From: an uncultured Armatimonadia bacterium
Lineage (GTDB): Bacteria > Armatimonadota > Zipacnadia > Zipacnadales > UBA11051
DNA: 64,000 nt
Reading direction: 5' to 3'
NCBI GenBank assembly: GCA_964390495.1
Contig: CAYMIN010000008.1
Span: 92,831 to 156,830 of the forward strand
The notes under the pieces: model-generated
What the model saw: the letters and a program-made list of their open reading frames with translations, nothing else
The model's database searches: none
What the model was told of the DNA's origin: nothing
Shown: piece by piece, positions 55,427 through 64,000 of the stretch
How the letters are laid out: each line of letters opens with the position of its first letter
Numbering within the stretch: the stretch's first letter is position 1
Position numbers and translations under genes: made by a program

Positions 55427-56146
55427 ATGTCACTGCTCGCGGAGAATCTGGTAAAGAGCTATGGCGGCAGACGCGTGGTTGACGAAGTCAGCTTGCAAGT
55501 CAGCCGCGGTGAGATCGTCGGCCTGCTCGGTCCCAATGGTGCCGGCAAGACCACCTCGTTCTATATGATCATCGGCGCCGTGTCCAGCGAGGCGGGCCGC
55601 GTGGTGATGGACGGAGAGGACCTGGCCGGCAGTCCCATGCACGTGCGCTGTCGCAAGGGCATCGGCTATCTGGCCCAAGAACCCTCGGTGTTCCGCAAGC
55701 TGACGGTCCTGGAGAACCTGCTGCTGGTGCTGGAGATGCAGGGCCTGTCGCGAGAGCAGCAGCACCAGCGGGCCGGGGAGCTGCTGGAAAAGCTCGGCAT
55801 TGCCGAGATCGCCAACCGCCAGGGCCTGGTGCTGTCGGGCGGCGAGCGGCGCCGCGTCGAGATCGCCCGCGCCCTGTGCACCGAGCCGTCATTCATGCTG
55901 CTGGACGAGCCCTTCACCGGCGTGGACCCCATCGCCATCGAGGAAATCCAGTCCATCGTTACCGCCTTGCGTAGTGATGACATCGGGGTGCTGATCACCG
56001 ACCACAATGTGCGCGAGACGCTGGGGATTACCGATCGGGCCTACATAATCTTCGAAGGTCAGATTCGGGTCGAGGGCACCTCCGATGAGATCATCGAAGA
56101 CCCGACGGCGCGTAAGTATTACCTCGGTGAGAAGTTCCGGATGTAG
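55427..56146 (+). CDS. lptB: LPS export ABC transporter ATP-binding protein
   Basis: Walker A GPNGAGKTT, signature LSGGERRR, and a C-terminal LptB-type extension (YLGEKFRM). Confidence 0.8.
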   Translation: MSLLAENLVKSYGGRRVVDEVSLQVSRGEIVGLLGPNGAGKTTSFYMIIGAVSSEAGRVVMDGEDLAGSPMHVRCRKGIGYLAQEPSVFRKLTVLENLLLVLEMQGLSREQQHQRAGELLEKLGIAEIANRQGLVLSGGERRRVEIARALCTEPSFMLLDEPFTGVDPIAIEEIQSIVTALRSDDIGVLITDHNVRETLGITDRAYIIFEGQIRVEGTSDEIIEDPTARKYYLGEKFRM

Positions 56147-56282
56147 GTTGAGCAGCGTACGGCTCCAGAGTGGGGCTTCTGGGAGGCTGACGCGGGCTGC
56201 AAGCCCGAGCCACGCGTTGGGGGAAAGCGTTGCAGATAGTGCACAACAGCCGTCATCTGAGTCGTGCGGACAGGGCAATTTC

Positions 56283-57371
56283 ATGCGGCGACTCGACAGA
56301 TATATAACCTCGCAACTCGCCCCTCTGCTGCTTTTTGGGATCGGCGCATTCCTGGTGATACTGGTCGGCGTGGAGCTGCTGCCGAGGGCGCTGCGCATGA
56401 TCGTGCGCGAGGACTTTCCGCTAGCAGTGGTCGGACGTGTGTTCATCTACCGGCTGCCGGCGATGATCGCTCTGACTGTGCCGATGGCGGTGATGTTCGC
56501 CAGCCTGATGACCGTGGCCGGCCTCTCCTCACACGGGGAACTGCAGGCGCTGGAGGCCGGCGGCATCCCCTTCCTGCGCGTGGTCGCTCCGGTAATCGTC
56601 GCGGGATTCATCCTGGCGCTGGTGACGTTAGGGTTCAATGAAGCAGTCAGCCCCGTAGGTAGTAGGAAGGCCTTCCAGCTAATTAAGCAGTACCGCGAAC
56701 AAGGCAAGGCGGTGGAGAATATCACCTTCCAGATCCCCGAGCGGGGGCCGGCCCGCGAGCTGTTCCGGATGGGATCGTTCTCGCCGCAGACGGGCGTGGC
56801 CAAGGATATTATGGTGATCCAGTTCGGCGAGGGCGGCAAGTTTTGGCAGCTTTTCGAGGCCGAGTATGCCGACTGGCGGGGCGAAGAGTGGGTCCTGCAC
56901 AATGTGGTGAAGCTGGAAATGACGCATCGGGGGCAACGGCGGACGCGGCTGGAGACGATAACCATTTTTGTGGGGAAGGCCCCGGGCCAGCTTGATGAGA
57001 TCAAACAGAACCCGGACGAGATGAGTATCGGGCAGTTGCAGCGGCTGCTGCGGCAGCGGCGGGCGCTGGGGCTGACCTACCAGCCGTACCAGCTTGAGCT
57101 GCTGCAGCTTATCCAGAGCCGGCTGGCGCTGCCGTGGTGTGCGCTGGGCTTTGCGATGTTAGGGGCGGCTCTGGGCCGCCGGCCGCTGCGAGCCTCGGCC
57201 GGAGTTGGCTTCGGCCTGTCGCTGGCGGTGGTGTTTCTGTATTATGTGGTGTTCAACGCCCTGACACTGATGGGGGAGCGCGGGGTGCTATCACCGCTGG
57301 TGACGGCGTGGACGCCTAATGTGATACTTTTCGCCAGCGGGGTGTATCTGCTGTATAATAGTGACGGTTAG
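56283..57371 (+). CDS. LptF/LptG-family permease
   Basis: N-terminal MRRLDRYI, typical of the LptF/G (YjgP/YjgQ) family; six TM helices and a periplasmic beta-jellyroll. Confidence 0.7.
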   Translation: MRRLDRYITSQLAPLLLFGIGAFLVILVGVELLPRALRMIVREDFPLAVVGRVFIYRLPAMIALTVPMAVMFASLMTVAGLSSHGELQALEAGGIPFLRVVAPVIVAGFILALVTLGFNEAVSPVGSRKAFQLIKQYREQGKAVENITFQIPERGPARELFRMGSFSPQTGVAKDIMVIQFGEGGKFWQLFEAEYADWRGEEWVLHNVVKLEMTHRGQRRTRLETITIFVGKAPGQLDEIKQNPDEMSIGQLQRLLRQRRALGLTYQPYQLELLQLIQSRLALPWCALGFAMLGAALGRRPLRASAGVGFGLSLAVVFLYYVVFNALTLMGERGVLSPLVTAWTPNVILFASGVYLLYNSDG

Positions 57372-57419
57372 CTGGGCTCGACTGAGTATGTGGCGCTAAG
57401 GTTAGTGTGGTGTAGCCGG

Positions 57420-59003
57420 ATGCCGAGCTATACAATTGTGGTCCTGGTCGGTTTGGTGGTGCTGGGCGCTCTGATTGCCTGGGCCGGGGATGTGATCGGC
57501 TACCGGCTGGGCAAGAAACGGGCCAGCCTGTGGGGACTGCGGCCGCGCGCTACGGCCCGTGTGGTAGGGGCAATCGCCGGCGCGGTCTTGCCGCTTATCG
57601 GTCTGCTGGTCGCGATGGCACTGAGCCCGATGGCCCGCACCGCGCTGCTGCAACTCGACCAGCTCACCCAGCAGCAGGAGACGCTCAAGCAGACGATCGA
57701 GATGCAGCGGGAGCTGGCTCAGAAGGCGCGCAAGCAGGCCGCCGTCTTCCGCGCTCAGGTCGAAGAGGCTCAGGAGCGCAGCCGGCTGCTCGCAGAGCTA
57801 GTGGATAAGCTGGAGACCGACAGCTCGCGGCTGAAGCAGGAGGTAGCCGGGTTGATTAGGACCCGCGCTAATCTCCAGACGAAGGTGCGCCGTCTGGAGA
57901 AGCAGTACCGCCAGGCTCAGAGCGACCTGGCCGCCGCAGAAGCGGAACTCGAGACCGCCCAGCAGAAGCTGGCCGCCACTGAGAAGGAACTTGCAGCTAC
58001 GGAACAGCGACTGGCAGAAGAGGAGAGCAAGGTCGCCTCCCTGGAGGCGACCAACCGGGAACTGAGAGCGACGGAAACCCAGCTCAAAGCCGATATAGAT
58101 GGCCTGAAACAGCAGATTCCGGCGCTGCAGAAACAGGTCGCCCAGCTCCGCGACGAGATGGCTGGTACCAAGCGGCAGCTAGCAGAAACCAAGCAGGAGA
58201 TCGAGCAAGTCAGTCGGGAACGCGATGTCCGAAAGGCGCAGTTGGAGCTCCGGCGGCAGGAGCTCGAGGCCCTGGAGCGGCAATACGAGCTTTACCGCAA
58301 ACGCCAGGCCGGCATCGCCGAGAGCCCGGTCATCTATGAGACCGGCGACGTGCTGCTGAGAGCCATCGTCTCAAGCGACCAGACCGAGGAACAGCTCGCC
58401 AATACCCTCTTCGAGATGCTGCCGTTCGCCAGTCTGGCGGCCGAACGTAAGGGCGCGGTGCGCGGAGCCAACGGCCGAGCGGCGTTGCTGGTGGTTCCCT
58501 GGCCGCCGGAGATCACCGACCGCGAGCCCACCGAGCGCGACATCGTCGAGTACTGGGCGCGGGAGATGAAGAAGCTGTCGGCGATAGACAGATTCGTGGT
58601 TTCAGTGGTGGCCTTCCGGCGGCTGACACTGGCGGAACGAGACCAGCTCCATGTGGCGATGTGGCCGCGGCCGAATGTGCGCGTATTCGTCCAGGATGAG
58701 GTTATCGCTGAAACGGTAATCGAGGCGGACAGTGAGGCTGTGGACATTTTCACCGGCATCTGGTACCTGCTGCGCTATAAGGTGCGCCAGCGTGCGCAGC
58801 AGGAAGGCCTGCTGGCCAATCCGGAGACCGGCCAGTACGGTGCCATTGATGCCGCCGAGCTGTTTCAGCTCATCGAACAGATCGAGCAGTACGACTATGA
58901 TGTCAAGGTGCAGGTCACGCCGAGCCAGGACATATACACCGCCGACGAGCTGAAGATCAAGTTCGTAATCCACCGCGAAAGCTCCGGCAAGTCCAATGAG
59001 TGA
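57420..59003 (+). CDS. membrane-anchored coiled-coil protein (DUF3084-like)
   Basis: Two N-terminal TM helices, a ~250-aa heptad-repeat region (QKLAATEKELAATEQRLAEEESK...), and a conserved C-terminal globular domain. Confidence 0.5.
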   Translation: MPSYTIVVLVGLVVLGALIAWAGDVIGYRLGKKRASLWGLRPRATARVVGAIAGAVLPLIGLLVAMALSPMARTALLQLDQLTQQQETLKQTIEMQRELAQKARKQAAVFRAQVEEAQERSRLLAELVDKLETDSSRLKQEVAGLIRTRANLQTKVRRLEKQYRQAQSDLAAAEAELETAQQKLAATEKELAATEQRLAEEESKVASLEATNRELRATETQLKADIDGLKQQIPALQKQVAQLRDEMAGTKRQLAETKQEIEQVSRERDVRKAQLELRRQELEALERQYELYRKRQAGIAESPVIYETGDVLLRAIVSSDQTEEQLANTLFEMLPFASLAAERKGAVRGANGRAALLVVPWPPEITDREPTERDIVEYWAREMKKLSAIDRFVVSVVAFRRLTLAERDQLHVAMWPRPNVRVFVQDEVIAETVIEADSEAVDIFTGIWYLLRYKVRQRAQQEGLLANPETGQYGAIDAAELFQLIEQIEQYDYDVKVQVTPSQDIYTADELKIKFVIHRESSGKSNE

Positions 59004-59412
59004 GGGGCCGCTAGTCGCAATTGACCCGGGCAGCGCCAAATGCGGGATTGCGGTGCTCTCCGCCGACGGTGAAGTGCTGCAGCGCGAGATCGTTGCTGCG
59101 GAAACGATCGGTGAGACGGTCCAGGCCGTGGCAGAGGCGCATCAGGCGAGCCAGATTGTGGTCGGTGGCGGGACCGGCTCCCAGGCTGTACTGGAGCGGA
59201 TTGTGGCCTGCGGTGCTAGTACGGAGGTCACGCAAGCACCCGAAGGCTACACGACGCTAGAGGCGCGCGGGCGCTACTGGCAGGAGCATCGCCCCGGCTG
59301 TTTGCTGGGACTACTGCCTGCCGGGATGCGGATACCGCCGCAGGCGATAGATGACTACGCCGCCGTGGTAATCGCGGAACGGTTCCTGGCTGGCAAGACG
59401 TCGCATCGGTGA
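58996..59412 (+). CDS. ruvX: YqgF/RuvX-like RNase H-fold nuclease (putative pre-16S rRNA nuclease / Holliday-junction resolvase-like)
   Basis: Motifs LVAIDPGSAKCGIAV, IVVGGG, LEAR and AAVVIAERFL align with YqgF. Eight-nt overlap with the upstream gene. Confidence 0.6.
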   Translation: MSEGPLVAIDPGSAKCGIAVLSADGEVLQREIVAAETIGETVQAVAEAHQASQIVVGGGTGSQAVLERIVACGASTEVTQAPEGYTTLEARGRYWQEHRPGCLLGLLPAGMRIPPQAIDDYAAVVIAERFLAGKTSHR

Positions 59413-59501
59413 TGTAACATAAGACCTATGGCTACGGGGAAATTTGCCAGGCGATTAGGTAGTCATTCGCTGCATCTTGTACAATTTGGCCTAGCGTACT
59501 G

Positions 59502-59530
59502 TTGAAATTCTTGCGCATTTGTTTTAGAAT
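59502..59530 (+). promoter_or_regulatory. near-consensus sigma70 promoter TTGAAA - 17 nt - TAGAAT in a ~150-bp AT-rich island upstream of ftsK
   Basis: Read directly from the sequence. Confidence 0.45.
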
Positions 59531-59617
59531 TGGATCACAGCAGTGTAAGCATTCGGAGAAATAGCGGCTACTCTAGCTCTCACCCGCCATATTCTAGCTT
59601 ATGTCACGGCCCGGAGG

Positions 59618-62158
59618 GTGAGCCATTTGGCATCGCAGAAAAGAACCACAGCAAAAGACGTAGAGGCGCTGCGCAACGATCTGACGGCAGTCGCTCTGAC
59701 CACTTTCGGGGCGCTGGTACTTGCCGCCCTGATTTCCAACGCCTACGGTTCGCAGGGCGTTGTGACCACCGCGCTGGCCCGGGCGTTGCTATTTGCGCTG
59801 GGGATCGGCGCCTATGGTATCCCCGTAATCGCCTTCCTGCTAGCGGTTGTTTACGGCGTTGATCGGGCTCCGGTAACCGCACCCCGGCTGCTGGTGGGCA
59901 GCGCTCTGCTTTTCCTCGCTGTGTTGATCGGCATTCACCTGGGCGTGCCCGAGCCGGCGGTATTCGAGCCCACGACCCTGCAAAGCCATGGTGGGTACGT
60001 CGGTGCGGCCGGCGCCTATGGCCTGCGGCTTGTGTTAGGCCCATACCCCGCCTATGTATTCCTGGTCGGCGTAGTGGCGGTTGCGGCGGTGCTGCTGACC
60101 CAGTCGCGACTGGCGCAGATGTTCAAACGCACCGGGCGGGCGGCGACCAATGGTCTGCGAGTGGCTAAGGCGGGCGTCAGCTCGGCGATGCAGAAGCGTC
60201 CGCCCCGCGAAGCGCCCAGTCGGTCCGGCAAGCGGCGGGCACCGCGCGAGCGCAACGGCCCCGGTGTGGACCTGGATGACCCCGAGGAGGACCGGGCAGG
60301 CAGGGCAGCAAGCGCCCGCGCCACAGCCAAAGCCGAGACGAATAGCTCGGCACCGGAGCCTGGGAGCGGCAACCCCAGCGGCAGCGTTGAGGCCGACCCG
60401 GCGCTAGAGTCGGTCAGTGCTCAGCGCGCGCAGATGTACATGGTCAGCGACGAGGTGCGCTTCAAGCTGCCACCGACGTCGCTGCTAACGGATTTCCCGG
60501 AGGAGGCTGAGACCCAAGAGCAGCGCGACGAGGCGGCCGAGCGGCTGGTGAAGCTGGAGGACACGCTGAGAAGCTTCGGGATTGAAGCGACCGTGACGCA
60601 CTACGAACGCGGGCCGGTAATCACGCGCTATGAGGTGGAGCTGGAGCGGGGGATTCGGGTCAATCAAGTTACTCGGCTGGCCGACAACATTGCGATGGCG
60701 ATGGCGGCTACCGATGTCCGCATCGAGGCCCCGATTCCGGGCAAATCCGCCATTGGGATCGAGGTGCCTAACCAGCGCTCGTCCCTGGTGGCCTTGCGGG
60801 ACATGGTGGAGGCGCCGGAGTTCAAGGACCATCCTTCCCTACTGGCGATCGCTCTGGGCCGCGGCGTATCCGGGCAGCCGGTGGTCGCCGACCTGGTGGA
60901 CATGCCGCACCTGTTGGTAGCCGGGGCGACCAACGCGGGCAAAAGCGTGTGTCTGCATACTATCATCGTCAGCTTCCTGATGCGGGCCAAGCCGCACGAG
61001 GTGCGGTTCATCATGATGGACCCGAAGCGGGTCGAGTTGAGCCGCTATGACGGCATCCCGCACCTGATGGCACCGGTGGTGTACAGCGTATCGGCGGCCT
61101 GTGATGTAATGCGCAAGGCGATCCGGGAGATGGAAAAGCGGTACGACAAATTCGCACGCGTCAGCGCGGCGAGTATTGCCGAATACAACTTTTTCGCCAC
61201 CGGCGCGCGGGCGGTCGCCGACCAGAAAACGGTGTCGCTGGAGTTTCTGCAGGAGCAGATGGAAATCAGCGAGCGGCGCGCGCGGCATCTGATGGATATG
61301 CTGCAGTACGGTGATGTCGTGGAGGAGGCGGAGGTAATCGGCGATGACTGGCGGGTGCTGATCAATCGCGAGGACGAGCGCTGCCTGCCGATGCCGCGGG
61401 TTGTAATCGTGATTGACGAGCTGGCGGACCTGATGATGCAGGCGCGTTCCGAGTTCGAGTTCTCGATCTGCCGGATAGCGCAACTGGCACGGGCGACCGG
61501 GATTCACCTGGTGATCGCGACCCAGCGGCCGTCGGTGAAGGTGGTCACAGGTAACATCAAGGCGAATATCCCCTCGCGTATCGCGCTGGCGGTGGCCTCG
61601 CAGATCGATTCGCGGGTTATCCTCGACGAGCAAGGGGCGGACCGGCTGATCGGGCGCGGGGATATGCTGTTTGCGCCGCTGGATGTGCCCAAGCCACAGC
61701 GGCTGCAGGGCTCGTTCGTGGCGCGGGACGATATCGAGCGGGTGGCCGAGTTCTTGCGTGAGCAAGGTGAGCCGAGCTTTACCATCATCCCGCAGGAGAA
61801 GCAGGAAGGGGAGGATGGGGACTTTGCGTCGGACTTGGGCGTCTCCGACGAGCTCTATGCCACCGCCGTGCAGTACGTGGTGGCCGAGCAGGAGGCCTCA
61901 GTGTCAATGCTGCAGCGGCGGCTCAAGGTCGGCTACGCGCGCGCCGGCAGGCTGATAGACACGATGGAACAGCGCGGAGTGGTCGGGCCTCACGAGGGAC
62001 CGAAGCCGCGAGTGGTACTGGTTGGCCCGGGCATGGCCGAAGCGGCGCTGCAGGGCCTAGCACCCGGCCAGCAGTCGGCGGATGGCGACGGTCCCGAGCC
62101 GACCGCAGAGTCCGCCGAGCGCGAACCCGACTTCGCTAAGGAGGCCGAAAGCGAGTAA
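59618..62158 (+). CDS. ftsK: DNA translocase FtsK/SpoIIIE
   Basis: N-terminal TM domain, a Pro/Arg-rich linker, a motor domain (Walker A GATNAGKS) and a C-terminal gamma-domain wHTH. Confidence 0.85.
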   Translation: MSHLASQKRTTAKDVEALRNDLTAVALTTFGALVLAALISNAYGSQGVVTTALARALLFALGIGAYGIPVIAFLLAVVYGVDRAPVTAPRLLVGSALLFLAVLIGIHLGVPEPAVFEPTTLQSHGGYVGAAGAYGLRLVLGPYPAYVFLVGVVAVAAVLLTQSRLAQMFKRTGRAATNGLRVAKAGVSSAMQKRPPREAPSRSGKRRAPRERNGPGVDLDDPEEDRAGRAASARATAKAETNSSAPEPGSGNPSGSVEADPALESVSAQRAQMYMVSDEVRFKLPPTSLLTDFPEEAETQEQRDEAAERLVKLEDTLRSFGIEATVTHYERGPVITRYEVELERGIRVNQVTRLADNIAMAMAATDVRIEAPIPGKSAIGIEVPNQRSSLVALRDMVEAPEFKDHPSLLAIALGRGVSGQPVVADLVDMPHLLVAGATNAGKSVCLHTIIVSFLMRAKPHEVRFIMMDPKRVELSRYDGIPHLMAPVVYSVSAACDVMRKAIREMEKRYDKFARVSAASIAEYNFFATGARAVADQKTVSLEFLQEQMEISERRARHLMDMLQYGDVVEEAEVIGDDWRVLINREDERCLPMPRVVIVIDELADLMMQARSEFEFSICRIAQLARATGIHLVIATQRPSVKVVTGNIKANIPSRIALAVASQIDSRVILDEQGADRLIGRGDMLFAPLDVPKPQRLQGSFVARDDIERVAEFLREQGEPSFTIIPQEKQEGEDGDFASDLGVSDELYATAVQYVVAEQEASVSMLQRRLKVGYARAGRLIDTMEQRGVVGPHEGPKPRVVLVGPGMAEAALQGLAPGQQSADGDGPEPTAESAEREPDFAKEAESE

Positions 62159-62261
62159 ACAACCGCCGCGCGACGGCGGCTTCAACACGACCTGCCTGAC
62201 TAGCTACTGACCGATTCACAGCGTAATTCACGGCAAGATTGGCACAAGGGAATGAGTCACG

Positions 62262-63173
62262 ATGGCGGTTCAGACACACGAGCAGGCTGTCGGGAGCAAG
62301 CGTCGTCCCCGTAGCAAGCCCCGTAACACCCTCAACGACTTAAGCGGCAAGCAGTGGATCAAGCGTACCAAGTCCTGGCTGGTCTGCGACTCCAAGCGAT
62401 ATCACCGCAACCGGGATACCGAGCTGCATCCGGCCAGGTATCCGGAGGAGCTGGTCGCCGAGTTCGTGGAGTTTTTCAGCAAGCGCGGGCAGTGGGTGCT
62501 TGATCCCTTCGCCGGCTCCGGGGCTACATTGGTGGCGTGTCATGAGACCGGACGGCGGGCGGTAGGCATCGAGATCAGCCGCAAATACGCCGCGATGTCC
62601 GACCAACGGCTGGCAGAAATCGGCGCGGAGGGCTGCTGCGTAGTGACCGGCAATGCCGCCGGCGTTGATGATCCGAGCTTCTGGGCCGAGCACAGCAACG
62701 GCGAACTGAGCGACATCGCTCGTACTCCCGAGGGTCTGCCGGTCTTTGACTTCATTATGACCTCCCCGCCCTACTGGAATATGCTGCGGACCAGCCGTGG
62801 CGGCGTCGAGTCCACGCACAAGCAGCGCGCCAAACAAGGCCTCGATACCTTCTACTCCAACGATGGGGAAGACCTGGGCAATATCGGCGACTACGGGGAG
62901 TTCATCGAGGCGCTGGGCGGGATCTTCGAGCGCTGCGCCGAGGTACTGCGGGATAATGGGTACATGGTAGTGGTGGCGCAGAACGTGCGGGTAGCTGCCG
63001 GGGAGGTGCGTCCGCTAGCGTGGGACCTGCAGCGGCGGATCTCTCGCACGCTCAGCTTCCAGGGCGAGCGGATTTGGTGCCAGGATTCCAAGAAGCTGGG
63101 CATCTGGGGCTATCCGACCGTGTTCGTGCCGAATTACCACCACCATTATTGCCTGATCTTTCAGAAAAAGTAA
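62262..63173 (+). CDS. orphan DNA methyltransferase (N4/N6 family), SPPY catalytic motif (N4-cytosine-like)
   Basis: AdoMet motif I (DPFAGSGAT) around residues 82-90 and catalytic motif IV (TSPPY) around residue 190. AAGGGAAT RBS. Confidence 0.65.
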   Translation: MAVQTHEQAVGSKRRPRSKPRNTLNDLSGKQWIKRTKSWLVCDSKRYHRNRDTELHPARYPEELVAEFVEFFSKRGQWVLDPFAGSGATLVACHETGRRAVGIEISRKYAAMSDQRLAEIGAEGCCVVTGNAAGVDDPSFWAEHSNGELSDIARTPEGLPVFDFIMTSPPYWNMLRTSRGGVESTHKQRAKQGLDTFYSNDGEDLGNIGDYGEFIEALGGIFERCAEVLRDNGYMVVVAQNVRVAAGEVRPLAWDLQRRISRTLSFQGERIWCQDSKKLGIWGYPTVFVPNYHHHYCLIFQKK

Positions 63174-63211
63174 TCGTTGCCCGGCGGCCGGCCGGCTGCT
63201 ATCCTGATGCC

Positions 63212-64000
63212 ATGCGCAATCCCCCTAAGCCGAAAATCGCGCTGATCTCGCTGGGCTGCCCCAAGAACCTGGTCGATTCCGAGGTGATGCTCGGACTGCT
63301 GGACCAGGCCGGCTACCCCATTGTCGAGGCCGTGAGCGAAGCCGATATCGCCATACTCAATACCTGCGCCTTCATCGAACCGGCCCAGGAAGAGGCGATC
63401 GAGGCGCTGCTGGACCTGGGGGAGATGAAAGCGGCCGGGGAGCTGCAGGCCATCATCTGCACCGGCTGCCTGCCCCAGCGCTATGGGCGCGAGCTAGTTG
63501 AGGAACTGCCGGAGATTGATGGGTTCGTGCAAGTTGGTGCCACTCCGCGCATCGTCGAGGCCGTCGAAGCCGCCGGCGCCGGCCGCCACACCTTCCTCGA
63601 AGCGAGCGCGGGCTATGCGCTGACCTGTGAGCTGCCGCGCTGGCGCAGTGCCCCCCAGTGGCTCTCCTACCTGCGCATCGCCGAGGGCTGCGACCACCGC
63701 TGCAGCTTCTGCACCGTCCCCGCGATTCGCGGCCGACAGCGCTCCCGCGAACCCCAGGATGTTCTCACCGAATATCGGCAGATGATCGCCGAGGGCTTGC
63801 AGGAGATAATCGTCATCGCTCAGGATACCAGCGCCTACGGCCATGACCTGACGTCCCGCAGAAGTCTCGCGCACCTGCTGGGCTTGCTTGCTCCGGTGGC
63901 CTTCGACGGCTGGGTGCGGCTGATGTATGCGCATCCCGGCGGCGTTGATGAGGAGCTGCTGAAGGCGATGGCGGATTTCCCGGCAATGGTCCCGTATCTC
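63212..64000 (+). CDS. rimO: ribosomal protein S12 methylthiotransferase, 3'-truncated at the window edge
   Basis: MTTase N-terminal domain (KIALISLGCPKNLVDSE) and radical-SAM CDHRCSFC. Confidence 0.75.
   Translation, partial: MRNPPKPKIALISLGCPKNLVDSEVMLGLLDQAGYPIVEAVSEADIAILNTCAFIEPAQEEAIEALLDLGEMKAAGELQAIICTGCLPQRYGRELVEELPEIDGFVQVGATPRIVEAVEAAGAGRHTFLEASAGYALTCELPRWRSAPQWLSYLRIAEGCDHRCSFCTVPAIRGRQRSREPQDVLTEYRQMIAEGLQEIIVIAQDTSAYGHDLTSRRSLAHLLGLLAPVAFDGWVRLMYAHPGGVDEELLKAMADFPAMVPYL

Noticed and set aside
1-64000. Prophage, integron or transposon-borne island
   Set aside because: No integrase, transposase, recombinase, phage structural gene, attC-like site or tRNA was found. Gene content is core-like throughout.

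Overview
This is a high-GC bacterial chromosomal segment, almost certainly from a diderm (Gram-negative-type) organism. It carries an LPS-export gene set (lptC-like, lptA, lptB, lptF/G), gmhA and rfbF-rfbG. I could not assign taxonomy from sequence alone.

Most coding content is housekeeping: transketolase, purB, gltX, thiC, nadE, rsmI, birA, holA, ftsK, ruvX/yqgF, rimO and recD2. Interleaved with these are:
- several secreted carbohydrate-active enzymes (a GH15 lipoprotein, a TPR-CE4 deacetylase, a large TIM-barrel glycosidase, a CBM9-like protein);
- a MoxR / DUF58 / transglutaminase-like module;
- an ABC-2 exporter and two half-size EamA paralogues;
- several hypothetical proteins.

No rRNA, tRNA, CRISPR array, integrase or transposase gene was recognised.

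The most striking non-genic signal is a dense set of short interspersed, hairpin-forming repeat modules. There are at least six sequence families, about 20 copies in 64 kb, and they sit almost exclusively in intergenic spacers. They often occur as mosaic composites (X-B-A, C-D-X-B-A, D-A), reminiscent of REP/BIME- or MITE-like elements. A second family of four ~72-bp double-hairpin elements sits at four other intergenic sites.

Other points worth a second look:
- a probable frameshift splitting one ~930-aa secreted CBM9/GH-like gene;
- a ~1-kb gene-free divergent region with promoter-like boxes, a strong hairpin and a GTTGNN repeat (candidate sRNA or long leader);
- a gmhA-birA-hypothetical-TPR/CE4-glycosidase operon that looks like an exopolysaccharide-processing module;
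- an orphan SPPY-type (N4C-like) DNA methyltransferase between ftsK and rimO;
- a PD-(D/E)xK nuclease-domain gene just downstream of recD2.

The long antisense ORFs inside the big glycosidase genes are high-GC artefacts. Coordinates for start codons that I revised from the ORF track are derived from that track (start of ORF + 3 x residue index).
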